Assembly (NCBI GenBank): GCA_016840085.1
Contig: JAEOTA010000055.1
Coordinates: 1-64,000 of the forward strand
Direction: 5' to 3'
DNA length: 64,000 nt
DNA from: Promethearchaeota archaeon
GTDB lineage: Archaea > Asgardarchaeota > Lokiarchaeia > Sigyniarchaeales > SOKP01
The notes beneath the pieces are model-generated. The model did not search any database. It was not told the origin of the DNA and worked only from the letters and a program-made list of their open reading frames with translations. Of this stretch, positions 9,825-19,285 are shown piece by piece. Made by a program: the position numbers and the translations under genes. Positions within the stretch are counted from its first letter, which is position 1. Each line of letters opens with the position of its first letter.

Positions 9825-10436
9825 ATGAGTTTCGAATCACAATTCTTGGAGATCAGTAACCAGAACGGAAGGTATATTAAGAAAATACTTAGCCTATTGC
9901 GGCAGATGTTAGACGTATTAAGCCGATTTAAGAATGACTATACGAAGAAATTTAATATTACCAAATTTGCGGAATATTTACACATTAGCTCAACAGATAT
10001 GAATGAAATAATCTCTCTTATTATAGAATATCAAGATATATTTCACACAATCTTTAAAGACTATAAACTGCTCAAAAAAAGGGAAGGCACTCAACACTAT
10101 TTGGTGGTTCAAAAACTAAAAAAACAGCCAATTATTATTAGCTTTACACCCTTCCAATTAGAAGTGTTAAATGATATCTATTATTGGTTTAAAGTGGTCC
10201 ACAAAGGGAAGGGATTTAATATAGAACAATCCAACCCTCTTGCTCAAAAGCTACACACCTTACTCGAAACCCATCCTGTTCTTTTTATTATAGCCCAAAA
10301 TAGATTAGTCTATCTTTCTGATATAGGGCAGAAAATCGGAGATATGCTTATTTCGTATAATAAAAGTAGTAAGCAGGTCACTGAGTTTATCATCGAGAAT
10401 TATATAATTAAAGTGGAGAAGAATGGGGGAACTTGA
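9825..10436 (+). CDS. Hypothetical protein, possible winged-helix domains
   Basis: FNITKFAEYLHIS HTH-like segment; overlaps the hef start. Confidence 0.6.
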   Translation: MSFESQFLEISNQNGRYIKKILSLLRQMLDVLSRFKNDYTKKFNITKFAEYLHISSTDMNEIISLIIEYQDIFHTIFKDYKLLKKREGTQHYLVVQKLKKQPIIISFTPFQLEVLNDIYYWFKVVHKGKGFNIEQSNPLAQKLHTLLETHPVLFIIAQNRLVYLSDIGQKIGDMLISYNKSSKQVTEFIIENYIIKVEKNGGT

Positions 10437-12546
10437 AACAAATCTTGCTAATTCATCATCCTTAGTAAATGGTAAAAACCTTGAAATACGGAAATATCAG
10501 ACTGAAATTGCAAGTAAATGTATAAATAAGAACTCGTTAGTAGTGCTGCCTACCGGATTAGGAAAAACAATAATCGCGGTGTTGGTGGCAAGTAAGACAT
10601 TAAAGATATATCCACCACAGAGTAAAATAATCATTCTTGCTCCTACAAGACCGTTAATTAATCAACATTATGATACGTTTATAAAATTTCTCACTCTTCC
10701 TGAAGATACCTTTTCGGTATTAACAGGAAAAGTAAATCCCCAAGATCGAGCGGAAATATTTAATGATTCTCAAATAATATTCTACACTCCTCAGACCTTA
10801 CGAAATGATTTAATACATGAGAAATATACCCTTGAACATACTGCTCTCATTATCTTTGATGAGGCTCATCATGCTTCAGGAGACTATCCCTATACTATGA
10901 TTGCCGAGAAATTCATGGAACAGAATCCCGATGGTACTATTTTAGGTTTAACCGCATCTCCAGGTGCATCAAAACAAAAGGTCAACATGCTATGTGAAAA
11001 TCTATTTATATCTCAGGAGAATATCCATATACGCACCCGAAAGGATAAAGATGTGAAGAATTATCTCAAACCAATGGATATCTATAAAATTGGAGTAAAT
11101 TTAACCGAATTAATGAGCTATGCATATCAGCTTATTAATGATGTCTTAGAGGAACGCTTACATTATCTTTCTCAGCTTAATTTTTTGGAAGCTAAGGGAG
11201 AGCCGTTATATTCCCACATTATTAGAAAAGATTTGTTGCGATTAAATGGTGAATTAGTGGCCTCCCTAAAAAATGGAGATACTACCGGTATATATAGTGC
11301 CCTTTCCATTAATGCTCAGGGCTTAATACTCTTTCATATGCAAGAATTAATTGAGCAGCAAGGACTCGATGTATTATTACACTATCTTGAGAAAATGTAT
11401 AAAGATGCCAAGAAAAGAAATAGTTCTAAAGCAGTACGAGTGTTAGCAGGAGATTATCGGTTAAATAAACTGTTTTTAGAACTTACCAAAAATAATAATT
11501 TTACTCCTGAAAACTTGATTCATCCCAAATATCAAGTGTTAATGAAGGTAATTTTAGATGAGCTGAGAACTAATCCTGCATCCCGTATTTTAGTATTCGT
11601 GAAACTTCGGGATTCCGTCAAAAATATTGTAAAAAAGCTTAAAACGGTACAAGGGATACATGCTGTCCGATTTGTAGGACAGGCAACCAAATCTAAAGAT
11701 GATAAAGGATTATCCCAAAGACAGCAAATTGAGATTCTGGAGCAATTCAAAAATGGTACGTATAATGTCTTAGTAAGCACTAATGTAGGAGAGGAAGGCT
11801 TAGATATTGCGGAATGCGATTTAGTGGTATTTTATGATGTAGTTGCATCTGAAATTCGACTTATCCAACGTAAAGGACGGACTGCACGGCATAGGCAAGG
11901 TCGAGTGATAATTTTGTATTGTAAGGAAACTCATGATGAGATATATCTTAGAATTGCATTAAGTAAACTCAGACGAATGAACGTTACTCTGAAAAAGCCT
12001 GAACAATTCCATGAGCGACCTGAAGATCCCCTAAAGGATATGGACATAGAACCAGAAATAGAAAATACCGAGATATCGCCACAAGGAGTAAAAAGAGGAG
12101 ATACAAAGCAAGTACAGTCAAATCTTCGAGCGTTTTTACTTCTTAAGAAGGAAGAGATTAAAATCAAGATAAGTTCTCATCTTTCAATGAAATATGGAAT
12201 ACGTAGACAATTAGAACACAATCACCTTAGATTTGAAATTACAGAAACAGATCTTCATATTATCTTATTAAATAAAGTGTTAATTCAAATTTACCCACCT
12301 GATAAAATTACTGATCCTACCTTTCTTTCCGAGTTAGACAGGTTTCAGGAGCTTTGCGAATTATTAATTGTCATTTTTGATTTCATTACTTTTAGTGAAG
12401 AAATTGAAGGTGAAAAACGGTTACTTCGAGAAAAACTAATGAAATTTGGAAAAGATAATCAGCTTCATGTAATATGTATAGATACCGAAGAAGAACTTTC
12501 ATTTATTATTAAGAATATATTAGACACTCAGAAAGAGGGGATATAA
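10423..12546 (+). CDS. hef: Hef/FANCM-family SF2 helicase with a degenerate ERCC4-like C-terminal domain
   Basis: RKYQ, LPTGLGKT, DEAHH, GLTASPG, TNVGEEGLDI, QRKGRTAR. Confidence 0.88.
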   Translation: MGELETNLANSSSLVNGKNLEIRKYQTEIASKCINKNSLVVLPTGLGKTIIAVLVASKTLKIYPPQSKIIILAPTRPLINQHYDTFIKFLTLPEDTFSVLTGKVNPQDRAEIFNDSQIIFYTPQTLRNDLIHEKYTLEHTALIIFDEAHHASGDYPYTMIAEKFMEQNPDGTILGLTASPGASKQKVNMLCENLFISQENIHIRTRKDKDVKNYLKPMDIYKIGVNLTELMSYAYQLINDVLEERLHYLSQLNFLEAKGEPLYSHIIRKDLLRLNGELVASLKNGDTTGIYSALSINAQGLILFHMQELIEQQGLDVLLHYLEKMYKDAKKRNSSKAVRVLAGDYRLNKLFLELTKNNNFTPENLIHPKYQVLMKVILDELRTNPASRILVFVKLRDSVKNIVKKLKTVQGIHAVRFVGQATKSKDDKGLSQRQQIEILEQFKNGTYNVLVSTNVGEEGLDIAECDLVVFYDVVASEIRLIQRKGRTARHRQGRVIILYCKETHDEIYLRIALSKLRRMNVTLKKPEQFHERPEDPLKDMDIEPEIENTEISPQGVKRGDTKQVQSNLRAFLLLKKEEIKIKISSHLSMKYGIRRQLEHNHLRFEITETDLHIILLNKVLIQIYPPDKITDPTFLSELDRFQELCELLIVIFDFITFSEEIEGEKRLLREKLMKFGKDNQLHVICIDTEEELSFIIKNILDTQKEGI

Positions 12547-13079
12547 TGGAAGATATTGCGTGGGAAAAAGATCAGACTCCTTATTATGTATTTCCCTGTT
12601 CAAAATGTCGGCAATATATGTATGTGAAGACTACACAAAAGACCAAGAAATGTCTGCGATGTGGCAGAGCTCATAAAGTAGAACACATACAAGATTCTAG
12701 TGAACTTGTGAACGGGATTAGTACTGCGGTAGAGGTAGTGAAAGCACGACAGAATGAATTAGCAATACAGACATTAGGGGATATTCCAGACTTAAGAGCG
12801 GCACATGATTTTAAAGTAGCTCGTTCACATTCTACTCCAAAAGAGGAAAAGGATATTGAAAGAGGTGAAAATGGGTTTTTAGAGAAATATAAGAAAATTC
12901 TTCTTAAAATCTCCTCATTGTATCACAAATTTCCATTATATGTTATAGAAGTTATGGCAGATAATTTTGGGATCCCTTCTTCTGAGATCAAGATCTTAAC
13001 CCGTAGTCTTCTTAAAGAGGGGATAATAATTAAGATAAACTCTAATTCCTATAGATTAAATGTAGAGAAACTACAATAG
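12546..13079 (+). CDS. DUF1922-like Zn-ribbon protein with a C-terminal wHTH-like region
   Basis: CSKC...KKCLRCGR; coupled to the hef stop. Confidence 0.65.
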   Translation: MEDIAWEKDQTPYYVFPCSKCRQYMYVKTTQKTKKCLRCGRAHKVEHIQDSSELVNGISTAVEVVKARQNELAIQTLGDIPDLRAAHDFKVARSHSTPKEEKDIERGENGFLEKYKKILLKISSLYHKFPLYVIEVMADNFGIPSSEIKILTRSLLKEGIIIKINSNSYRLNVEKLQ

Positions 13080-13289
13080 GTCTAGGACTCTTTTCCTCGC
13101 CTTAGCAGATCTTCTAATAGCATCAGCGAATTCTTGTCGCAGAATTGTCTGATATACGGGATGGGTTTCGTTAAAAGGAATTTCTTCATTTCCGGTATAA
13201 ATAAATGCAGTATGAGGTAATCCAGTAAGCTGAGAAAAAGAGATCATGGCTTTCTTTAGATCGATAACTTTTTCTTCTGAAATCTCCAA
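13071..13289 (-). CDS. Small hypothetical protein
   Basis: 72-aa ORF, frame open up to ~13334; own promoter motif at 13382-13395. Confidence 0.55.
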   Translation of the reverse strand: MEISEEKVIDLKKAMISFSQLTGLPHTAFIYTGNEEIPFNETHPVYQTILRQEFADAIRRSAKARKRVLDLL

Positions 13290-13381
13290 TTTAACATTAT
13301 TTTGGTGTCTTTTTTCTAATATTTTGGAACTCAGTTATTTTCACTCTATTCTGATTATTTATAGGAAAGAGTAGTCAAATA

Positions 13382-13395
13382 CATTTAAAGAAAAA
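13382..13395 (-). promoter_or_regulatory. T-rich promoter motif
   Basis: Minus strand TTTTTCTTTAAATG. Confidence 0.55.
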
Positions 13396-13434
13396 GAAAT
13401 AATAATAATAAAAATATTCTAACGAGAAATAAGA

Positions 13435-13731
13435 CTATTTCTGTTCTAATTTTTCTAATAGTTTTTTTAAATGAAGCTTCATAAAATATCGCTCACTTTC
13501 CGCAAATTCACACTTCTGCTTTTCAGATAAATTTCTACAATTGAGCAATATCGCATGGATCTTTTCGAGGGTAATAATATTTTCATCGCAAATCTGTTCA
13601 ATATTTTCCTTGGGGATTATTTCAGTCTCAGAATTATCGAGTCCTTGATTTATAATTCTTTTCTTAGATAAAGATTCTCTTATTTGTCGAGTTTGATTAT
13701 CTTCAGTTTTAGAATTCATAATACGGCTCAA
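13435..13731 (-). CDS. Small hypothetical helical protein
   Basis: 98-aa ORF; promoter motif at 13813-13827. Confidence 0.55.
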   Translation of the reverse strand: MSRIMNSKTEDNQTRQIRESLSKKRIINQGLDNSETEIIPKENIEQICDENIITLEKIHAILLNCRNLSEKQKCEFAESERYFMKLHLKKLLEKLEQK

Positions 13732-13812
13732 TTATTTCTCTCCAATAATCCTTTTGTAAAAATTAATTCCTTAGAATCCATACTATATCTAATTGTAATG
13801 ATTGGTAAATTT

Positions 13813-13827
13813 CTTATAAAGAAAAAA
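13813..13827 (-). promoter_or_regulatory. T-rich promoter motif
   Basis: Minus strand TTTTTTCTTTATAAG. Confidence 0.65.
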
Positions 13828-13911
13828 TTTCAGTCTTAATCAATTTTTGTAAATGCTAGGCTAGGCATTTGGGATAATAAAAAAGATAAAAAAAAAGAAT
13901 TTAATATGATT

Positions 13912-15906
13912 TTAATAAGAAATTATCTGCTTTTTAGAACGGATTTTGGTTATAATAGCGATAATAGCAACTCCACTAATTAGCGCAATAAGGATGCTTG
14001 TCGTGCCATAATCCAAGCCAATTGCAGCAGGGCTTACCTTTTTTATAGTAACCGATTCAGAGGCAAGATGTCCTAACGTGTCATTCGCATAGAACGTAAT
14101 CGTGATATCACCTTTAGCTACAGCTTTCCATGCGGCTTTTTCTATTTTTTCACTTGGAGTAGCAGCAGTAAAATTGGTAACACCGCCATCAAGAGAATAC
14201 CATATCGTATCTAAGTGAGGATCGGTGACGTTTAATTCAAAGCGAAATGCGCTACTAATTTTTTTATCAGCAATAGGTTTATTGATAACAATGACTGGAG
14301 CTTGAGTATCTTTTGATACAATCACCTCAGCAGAGCCCGTATTTTCAGCTTTATCATTTGCATAAAATGTTAGGGTAATGTTACCATCAGAAAAGGCGTC
14401 CCACGCAGCTTGATCAATTATTCCACTAAATTCAGTAAAGTATTTATCTACTCCTCCATCAAGCGTATACCACATATCCCATAGATAATCTTCGTCGATA
14501 GAGAGATCAAAATTTGGGGCATCGTCGAAAGCATCCCCTGGATTAGGTGAATTAATTGTGATTACTGGACTGGCATCATCAACAATAGGCAAATAATCTA
14601 TGCCCGTACCAAAATTATGTGGGACATCTCCAATCCCATCTTTTGGACTGGTATCTGTGCCGGTATAATTATCCCAGTAATTTCCAATCATTGTGTTGTT
14701 CCAATCATTATTGGCTCCATTATCAACTGCATGTTTACCATTCCTATGAAAGAAATTTTCATAGAATAAGTTATTTTCAGAAGGCATATCAAGTTCTGCT
14801 CCATTCATAGTATTATCGTGTATAACATTTCCACTAATGTTATTAAACCGCGAATCCTCGAAAATTATTCCATTTTCTGTGTTATCGTATATATCGTTTT
14901 CCAAGATTGTGTTGAAATGACTATCCCATAGATAAAATCCGTTCAAGGTATTGTTAAATACAGTATTTTCTGTAAGATCATTATTTTCACATCCTATTAA
15001 ATGAATTCCATACGCTGAATTGTTATTGATAATATTCTCTGTAATATGGTTAAAATCACTCCCCCCTACAAAGATACTATAACCGCCGGTGGTTCTCGTA
15101 ACAGTATTCCTTAAGATGTCGTTGTCATCAGAAGAATATAACCCTATTCCTCTATAACAATTATCTATTTCATTTCCTTCCACACTGTTGTTACTAGCAC
15201 CCAATAATAAAATTCCAAAATCATCTTTGATGTCATATATATTATTTCCTGAAATTTCATTCAAAGAGCCCACTTCAATTAATATTCCATAGTCCATGTC
15301 AAAGACACTATTATTTGAAATCATGTTATTATTACTATCCTCTCCACATATCCCTCCTCCTGTTATAATTGAATTTATTATGTTTGATGAGAAAGAGCTA
15401 TTATAACACGCCCAAAAATCTATTCCCCAAAAATTATTGTTAGAACAATTATTCTCGATGATATTTCCATTAGTAACATTATTTAGATCGAGTCCGGAAT
15501 ATCCATTATAAAGCGTGCAATTTCGAAGGGTAAAATATGCCTTGGAATTATCAATTCTTATGCAGAAACCCCCAAGACCATCTATTATTAAATTTTCGAG
15601 TAAATAAGGATCCACATTAGTACCTGAACCACTACACCAATCTTCACTTGCAGCTTCTTCCCATGTATAATCTCCAAAACCAAGATCATCAATGTAAATG
15701 GGAAGAGTTATGGCAGAACTCTTCAACTTATTATTATCATCAACTTTAATGCCTTCAGTAGTTATGGTATTGGATTTAAAACTAAATAAGAATAATAATA
15801 TCAGTGAAAATACTACAGCCGTGATTTTTTTTCTTTTTTCAATTTTTTTTTTATGCAATGGTTTCACCACATTGAGTATGTTATAAAATAAGATTATTAA
15901 TTGCAT
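13912..15906 (-). CDS. NosD/right-handed beta-helix surface protein with C-terminal Ig-like repeats and TM anchor
   Basis: GI.L..S.NN.I..N repeats, GNYWDNY, ITFYAND repeats, C-terminal TM; true start probably downstream of 15906. Confidence 0.85.
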   Translation of the reverse strand: MQLIILFYNILNVVKPLHKKKIEKRKKITAVVFSLILLFLFSFKSNTITTEGIKVDDNNKLKSSAITLPIYIDDLGFGDYTWEEAASEDWCSGSGTNVDPYLLENLIIDGLGGFCIRIDNSKAYFTLRNCTLYNGYSGLDLNNVTNGNIIENNCSNNNFWGIDFWACYNSSFSSNIINSIITGGGICGEDSNNNMISNNSVFDMDYGILIEVGSLNEISGNNIYDIKDDFGILLLGASNNSVEGNEIDNCYRGIGLYSSDDNDILRNTVTRTTGGYSIFVGGSDFNHITENIINNNSAYGIHLIGCENNDLTENTVFNNTLNGFYLWDSHFNTILENDIYDNTENGIIFEDSRFNNISGNVIHDNTMNGAELDMPSENNLFYENFFHRNGKHAVDNGANNDWNNTMIGNYWDNYTGTDTSPKDGIGDVPHNFGTGIDYLPIVDDASPVITINSPNPGDAFDDAPNFDLSIDEDYLWDMWYTLDGGVDKYFTEFSGIIDQAAWDAFSDGNITLTFYANDKAENTGSAEVIVSKDTQAPVIVINKPIADKKISSAFRFELNVTDPHLDTIWYSLDGGVTNFTAATPSEKIEKAAWKAVAKGDITITFYANDTLGHLASESVTIKKVSPAAIGLDYGTTSILIALISGVAIIAIITKIRSKKQIISY

Positions 15907-16037
15907 TTAAGATTATTTAAATCTCTTCTTACAAAAAATTCTTGATTCCTCAGATCTCATAATTCTTTTGGATAATATTAAAAACCATGCAAATGTGAAA
16001 TTACTGCAATTTATCCAAAATCACACTGTTATAAATC

Positions 16038-16203
16038 TTATTCATTCTTAGAAACTGTATTAATACATCTGTTACAAATATATGCTCTATATTTAGAATG
16101 ATAAAAAAATATCTACTCCAATAGAGCATATCCTTTTACAATTATTACAGCGACACCTTTCTCCATAATTGAAACGACCATAGTCATCATATATCTTTGT
16201 CAT
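16038..16203 (-). pseudogene. Uncalled 54-aa Zn-finger gene split by one extra T in a T7 run
   Basis: ATG overlaps the helicase TGA (ATGA); MTKIYDDYGRFNYGERCRCNNCKRICSIGVDIF, then +1 frame YHSKYRAYICNRCINTVSKNE*. Confidence 0.6.
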
Positions 16204-18656
16204 AAACTTTTCTTTCTTGTTTTTGCTGCTCCTTCGATAATTTTCTTACATAATTTAATACCTAATCCTGTTTTCTGATGTAAGATGTAGGGATTTTCTT
16301 GGCGTACCTTTGTTGCGGTGTGATACCCTACATTAAACAAAATTCGCGCTCGAACCCGAGCAACATCATGCAATCGCATTACCAAGTCAAATAACTCTTC
16401 TCGGATTCCGTATTTAATACGGATTCTCAAGGTTTCCGCCATCTCAGATACTCTTGATAGCTTGTTCTTAAGATCATATCCATTCGTGCTCAGATTATTG
16501 GCAATTTTCCCGATAAATGAGACAATGCGTTCTAAATTATCCTTCACAGAATATAGATCTCCTGCCATAATATTATAGCGTTCTAAAATTTCCTCAATCG
16601 GCTCCTCATCTGCCCATTCTAAGAGAGGTTGGAGCATATGATAGTCTTTCACGCGATATTCTGCTTTCAGCACATCATAGGCTTCCTTTATAAGCTGCTG
16701 GAAGGTACTAATTTCATTATTTTCGAGTTTATATCTAATCATTATCCCCGAAACAGGATATAAGTATAATCTGATTATTAGTTTTCCGAATTGAGAGCAG
16801 GTGAGTAACCCCTTTTTATCCCTCATAATAAGTCCCTTTTCAAACAGATAAGATAAGATATATTGGTTTTTGATGCTTTTTGGGATGATCGAATTAATAT
16901 ATTTTTGTAAGGACGGATCTGGTAATTCAATTAAATATAGTAAAAATAAGGTGATATGAGTACAAAAGTGAAATGAAAACTCATCATTCGCAAAATTATC
17001 AGACATACCGTTTTGGAAGCCGCATGAACAGTGAATGCCTGTTTCAATATCAAATTGGCAGAAATAGACTCCATAATCGGTTTTTACGTGTCCAGCAAGG
17101 GTAGAGTTATTAAAATGAGATAACTTTATCTGATAATGAGATTGTTGTAATTCTTGAACGCTTTGAGGATCAGAGTGCAACTTTAAAATATTTTGAGGAG
17201 TAATCTCTCTAATCATTAATAACTGCTCGATAGGAATATGTTCTTGTATCATTTTGTGTTTAATCCCAAACCAAAAATACGTCTTTTCAAAAAACTCTTT
17301 TAACTTCTCAATAGAGATATGTTTCTCTTCAAATACCCGTAATAACACTTGCTCTTGTAACGTATTAACCTTATTTAATCCTGATTCTAAATTATTATAT
17401 CTGGGAATGAGATCATGGAGTGGCGGTTGGACATTAAAAAAGTGATCCTCCACCCATAATTTTTCGTCCATATTCTTTACGAGGATAATGCCATATCCCA
17501 CTGAATCGAGTCCAGGTCGTCCGGCTCTTCCTAATATTTGGAACACTTCATTGGCAGAAAACGGTTTAAAATAACTGAACCCATCTCCATTTTCAAAATA
17601 TCCGGTATAATTAGTAATATTATGTCCTGATCTCACATATTTCTTAAAATCCTTAAGGATAACTGCTCGTGCGGGGGTATTAATTCCTGCGGATAAGGTG
17701 GTTGTACAACATACTACTTTAATTATCCGTTTTCGAAAATTATCCTCGATAAGTTTTCTTTCACGCGGTAGGAGCCCTGCATGGTGAAATGCAATTCCGC
17801 ATTTAATTACCTTTTTTAAATCTTGATGTCCACCCTTCATGGAATCAAGATGCGTTTCTAATGCTTTACATACAGTTAGTTCTGCATCCTCCAGATATTT
17901 TTTTACTAACATTCGTAGAGATTCTGCGCTCTGCTGGGCACTTCGTCGCTTATTGACAAAGATGAGTACTTGACCATTTTTATCCAAAATAGATTTTACA
18001 GTACGTTTTATTGTAGAGTCTTTATTTTGGGTTATTTCAATTTTATAATGTAACGGCACAGGACGCGCATCAGACTTAATAAGGGTGGTTCTATTACCTA
18101 ATGAGGAGAGCCACGTATTGAAAAACTCAGGATTCGCAATCGTCGCACTTAACCCGATAATTTGAGGGTTATGGAGAAATTCATTTAAACGGACGATTAA
18201 GGATTCTAATCTGGGACCTCTATCCGATTCTGATATGATATGAATCTCATCAATAATTATAATTGAGATTTCATAAATCCACTCTTTATCATAGAAATTC
18301 CGTAATAGTGAATCACATTTTTCATAGGTGGTCACAATAATATCTGCTTTAGAAAGCTTTGAATCATCGATATCATAATCTCCTATAGATAATTCTACTT
18401 TTATACCGAATCGTCCATACCCCTTCTTAAAATGGAAATATTTCTCTGTTGCCAATGCTTTATACGGCACTAAATAGACCGATTTCCCAAAGTTTTGAAA
18501 CACATTATTAGCAGCACAGATTTCTCCTATTAAGGTTTTTCCACTACCAGAAGGGGCACACACTAAAAACGATTTTCTGAAGAACAATCCCTTTTTGATG
18601 GCCTCTTTTTGAATATCTCTCAATTCAAAAATGCGATTTTCGAATAATACCCGCAA
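16200..18656 (-). CDS. Ski2-like Hel308/Hjm helicase paralog with a SWIM Zn-finger insertion
   Basis: APSGSGKT, DEIH, GLSAT, TTTLSAGINTPA, QILGRAGRPG, C-terminal HhH-like region; CSC...CTH insert; frame open upstream to an ATA at 18752. Confidence 0.85.
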   Translation of the reverse strand: MRVLFENRIFELRDIQKEAIKKGLFFRKSFLVCAPSGSGKTLIGEICAANNVFQNFGKSVYLVPYKALATEKYFHFKKGYGRFGIKVELSIGDYDIDDSKLSKADIIVTTYEKCDSLLRNFYDKEWIYEISIIIIDEIHIISESDRGPRLESLIVRLNEFLHNPQIIGLSATIANPEFFNTWLSSLGNRTTLIKSDARPVPLHYKIEITQNKDSTIKRTVKSILDKNGQVLIFVNKRRSAQQSAESLRMLVKKYLEDAELTVCKALETHLDSMKGGHQDLKKVIKCGIAFHHAGLLPRERKLIEDNFRKRIIKVVCCTTTLSAGINTPARAVILKDFKKYVRSGHNITNYTGYFENGDGFSYFKPFSANEVFQILGRAGRPGLDSVGYGIILVKNMDEKLWVEDHFFNVQPPLHDLIPRYNNLESGLNKVNTLQEQVLLRVFEEKHISIEKLKEFFEKTYFWFGIKHKMIQEHIPIEQLLMIREITPQNILKLHSDPQSVQELQQSHYQIKLSHFNNSTLAGHVKTDYGVYFCQFDIETGIHCSCGFQNGMSDNFANDEFSFHFCTHITLFLLYLIELPDPSLQKYINSIIPKSIKNQYILSYLFEKGLIMRDKKGLLTCSQFGKLIIRLYLYPVSGIMIRYKLENNEISTFQQLIKEAYDVLKAEYRVKDYHMLQPLLEWADEEPIEEILERYNIMAGDLYSVKDNLERIVSFIGKIANNLSTNGYDLKNKLSRVSEMAETLRIRIKYGIREELFDLVMRLHDVARVRARILFNVGYHTATKVRQENPYILHQKTGLGIKLCKKIIEGAAKTRKKSL

Positions 18657-18768
18657 TATTTTTTCTTCAGGAATATATTTGAAAATTTCTTTATTTTTAT
18701 GAGAATCAATTTTCTTCCCTTCAATTTTAGCAGTAAAATCTGTAAGACTTATCCTACTTCCCCCTCTC

Positions 18769-19029
18769 TTAATATGGATTTGTCCATTTATTCATGATTT
18801 GTTTAAAGGTGTCCGAATCACGTGAAATCTCAATACTTTTGATAACACCGATATTTCGTATTTCCAACTTTGAATTAAGATAGCATATTAACGCATGAAG
18901 AGGATTGCCATGGATATGAATGTGGGGAAAATAGATTAAGTGTGTAGAAGCCATATTTCTTATAATAGAGAGTTCTACCCCGATCTCAAATTCCTTCTGA
19001 CATAAAGGACATTGTATGGGTTTTTTCAC
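18769..19029 (-). CDS. Small Zn-binding protein
   Basis: CPLC...HIHIHG...H; first gene of the helicase operon. Confidence 0.65.
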   Translation of the reverse strand: MKKPIQCPLCQKEFEIGVELSIIRNMASTHLIYFPHIHIHGNPLHALICYLNSKLEIRNIGVIKSIEISRDSDTFKQIMNKWTNPY

Positions 19030-19125
19030 TTTTTGTTTTACATTTTCTTCATTTTTTATCTTTCCAGATACAATTATATTATTTCATCTCTCTTTAGTGT
19101 GCTGTAATAATTACATGGTCTACTC

Positions 19126-19141
19126 AATATAAAGAAAAAAA
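19126..19141 (-). promoter_or_regulatory. T-rich promoter motif of the Hel308-like operon
   Basis: Minus strand TTTTTTTCTTTATATT. Confidence 0.65.
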
Positions 19142-19165
19142 TTCGATACTTATTGATTAAAAGGT

Positions 19166-19285
19166 GGCTCCTGCCAGCAAGACGCAAAAGAGCGTCGTAA
19201 AATACAATAGGGGGAGGAGGGCGAAATTTGAGTGTAAGAATTTACACTACCAAAAGACAAAAATCCAGGGTGTCTGACAGGAGCC
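19166..19285 (-). ncRNA. Candidate ~120-nt structured small RNA
   Basis: 12-bp terminal stem (G.U wobble only on the minus strand), two internal hairpins, C-rich single-stranded segment, U-tract after the stem, upstream promoter motif at 19340-19353. Confidence 0.55.
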
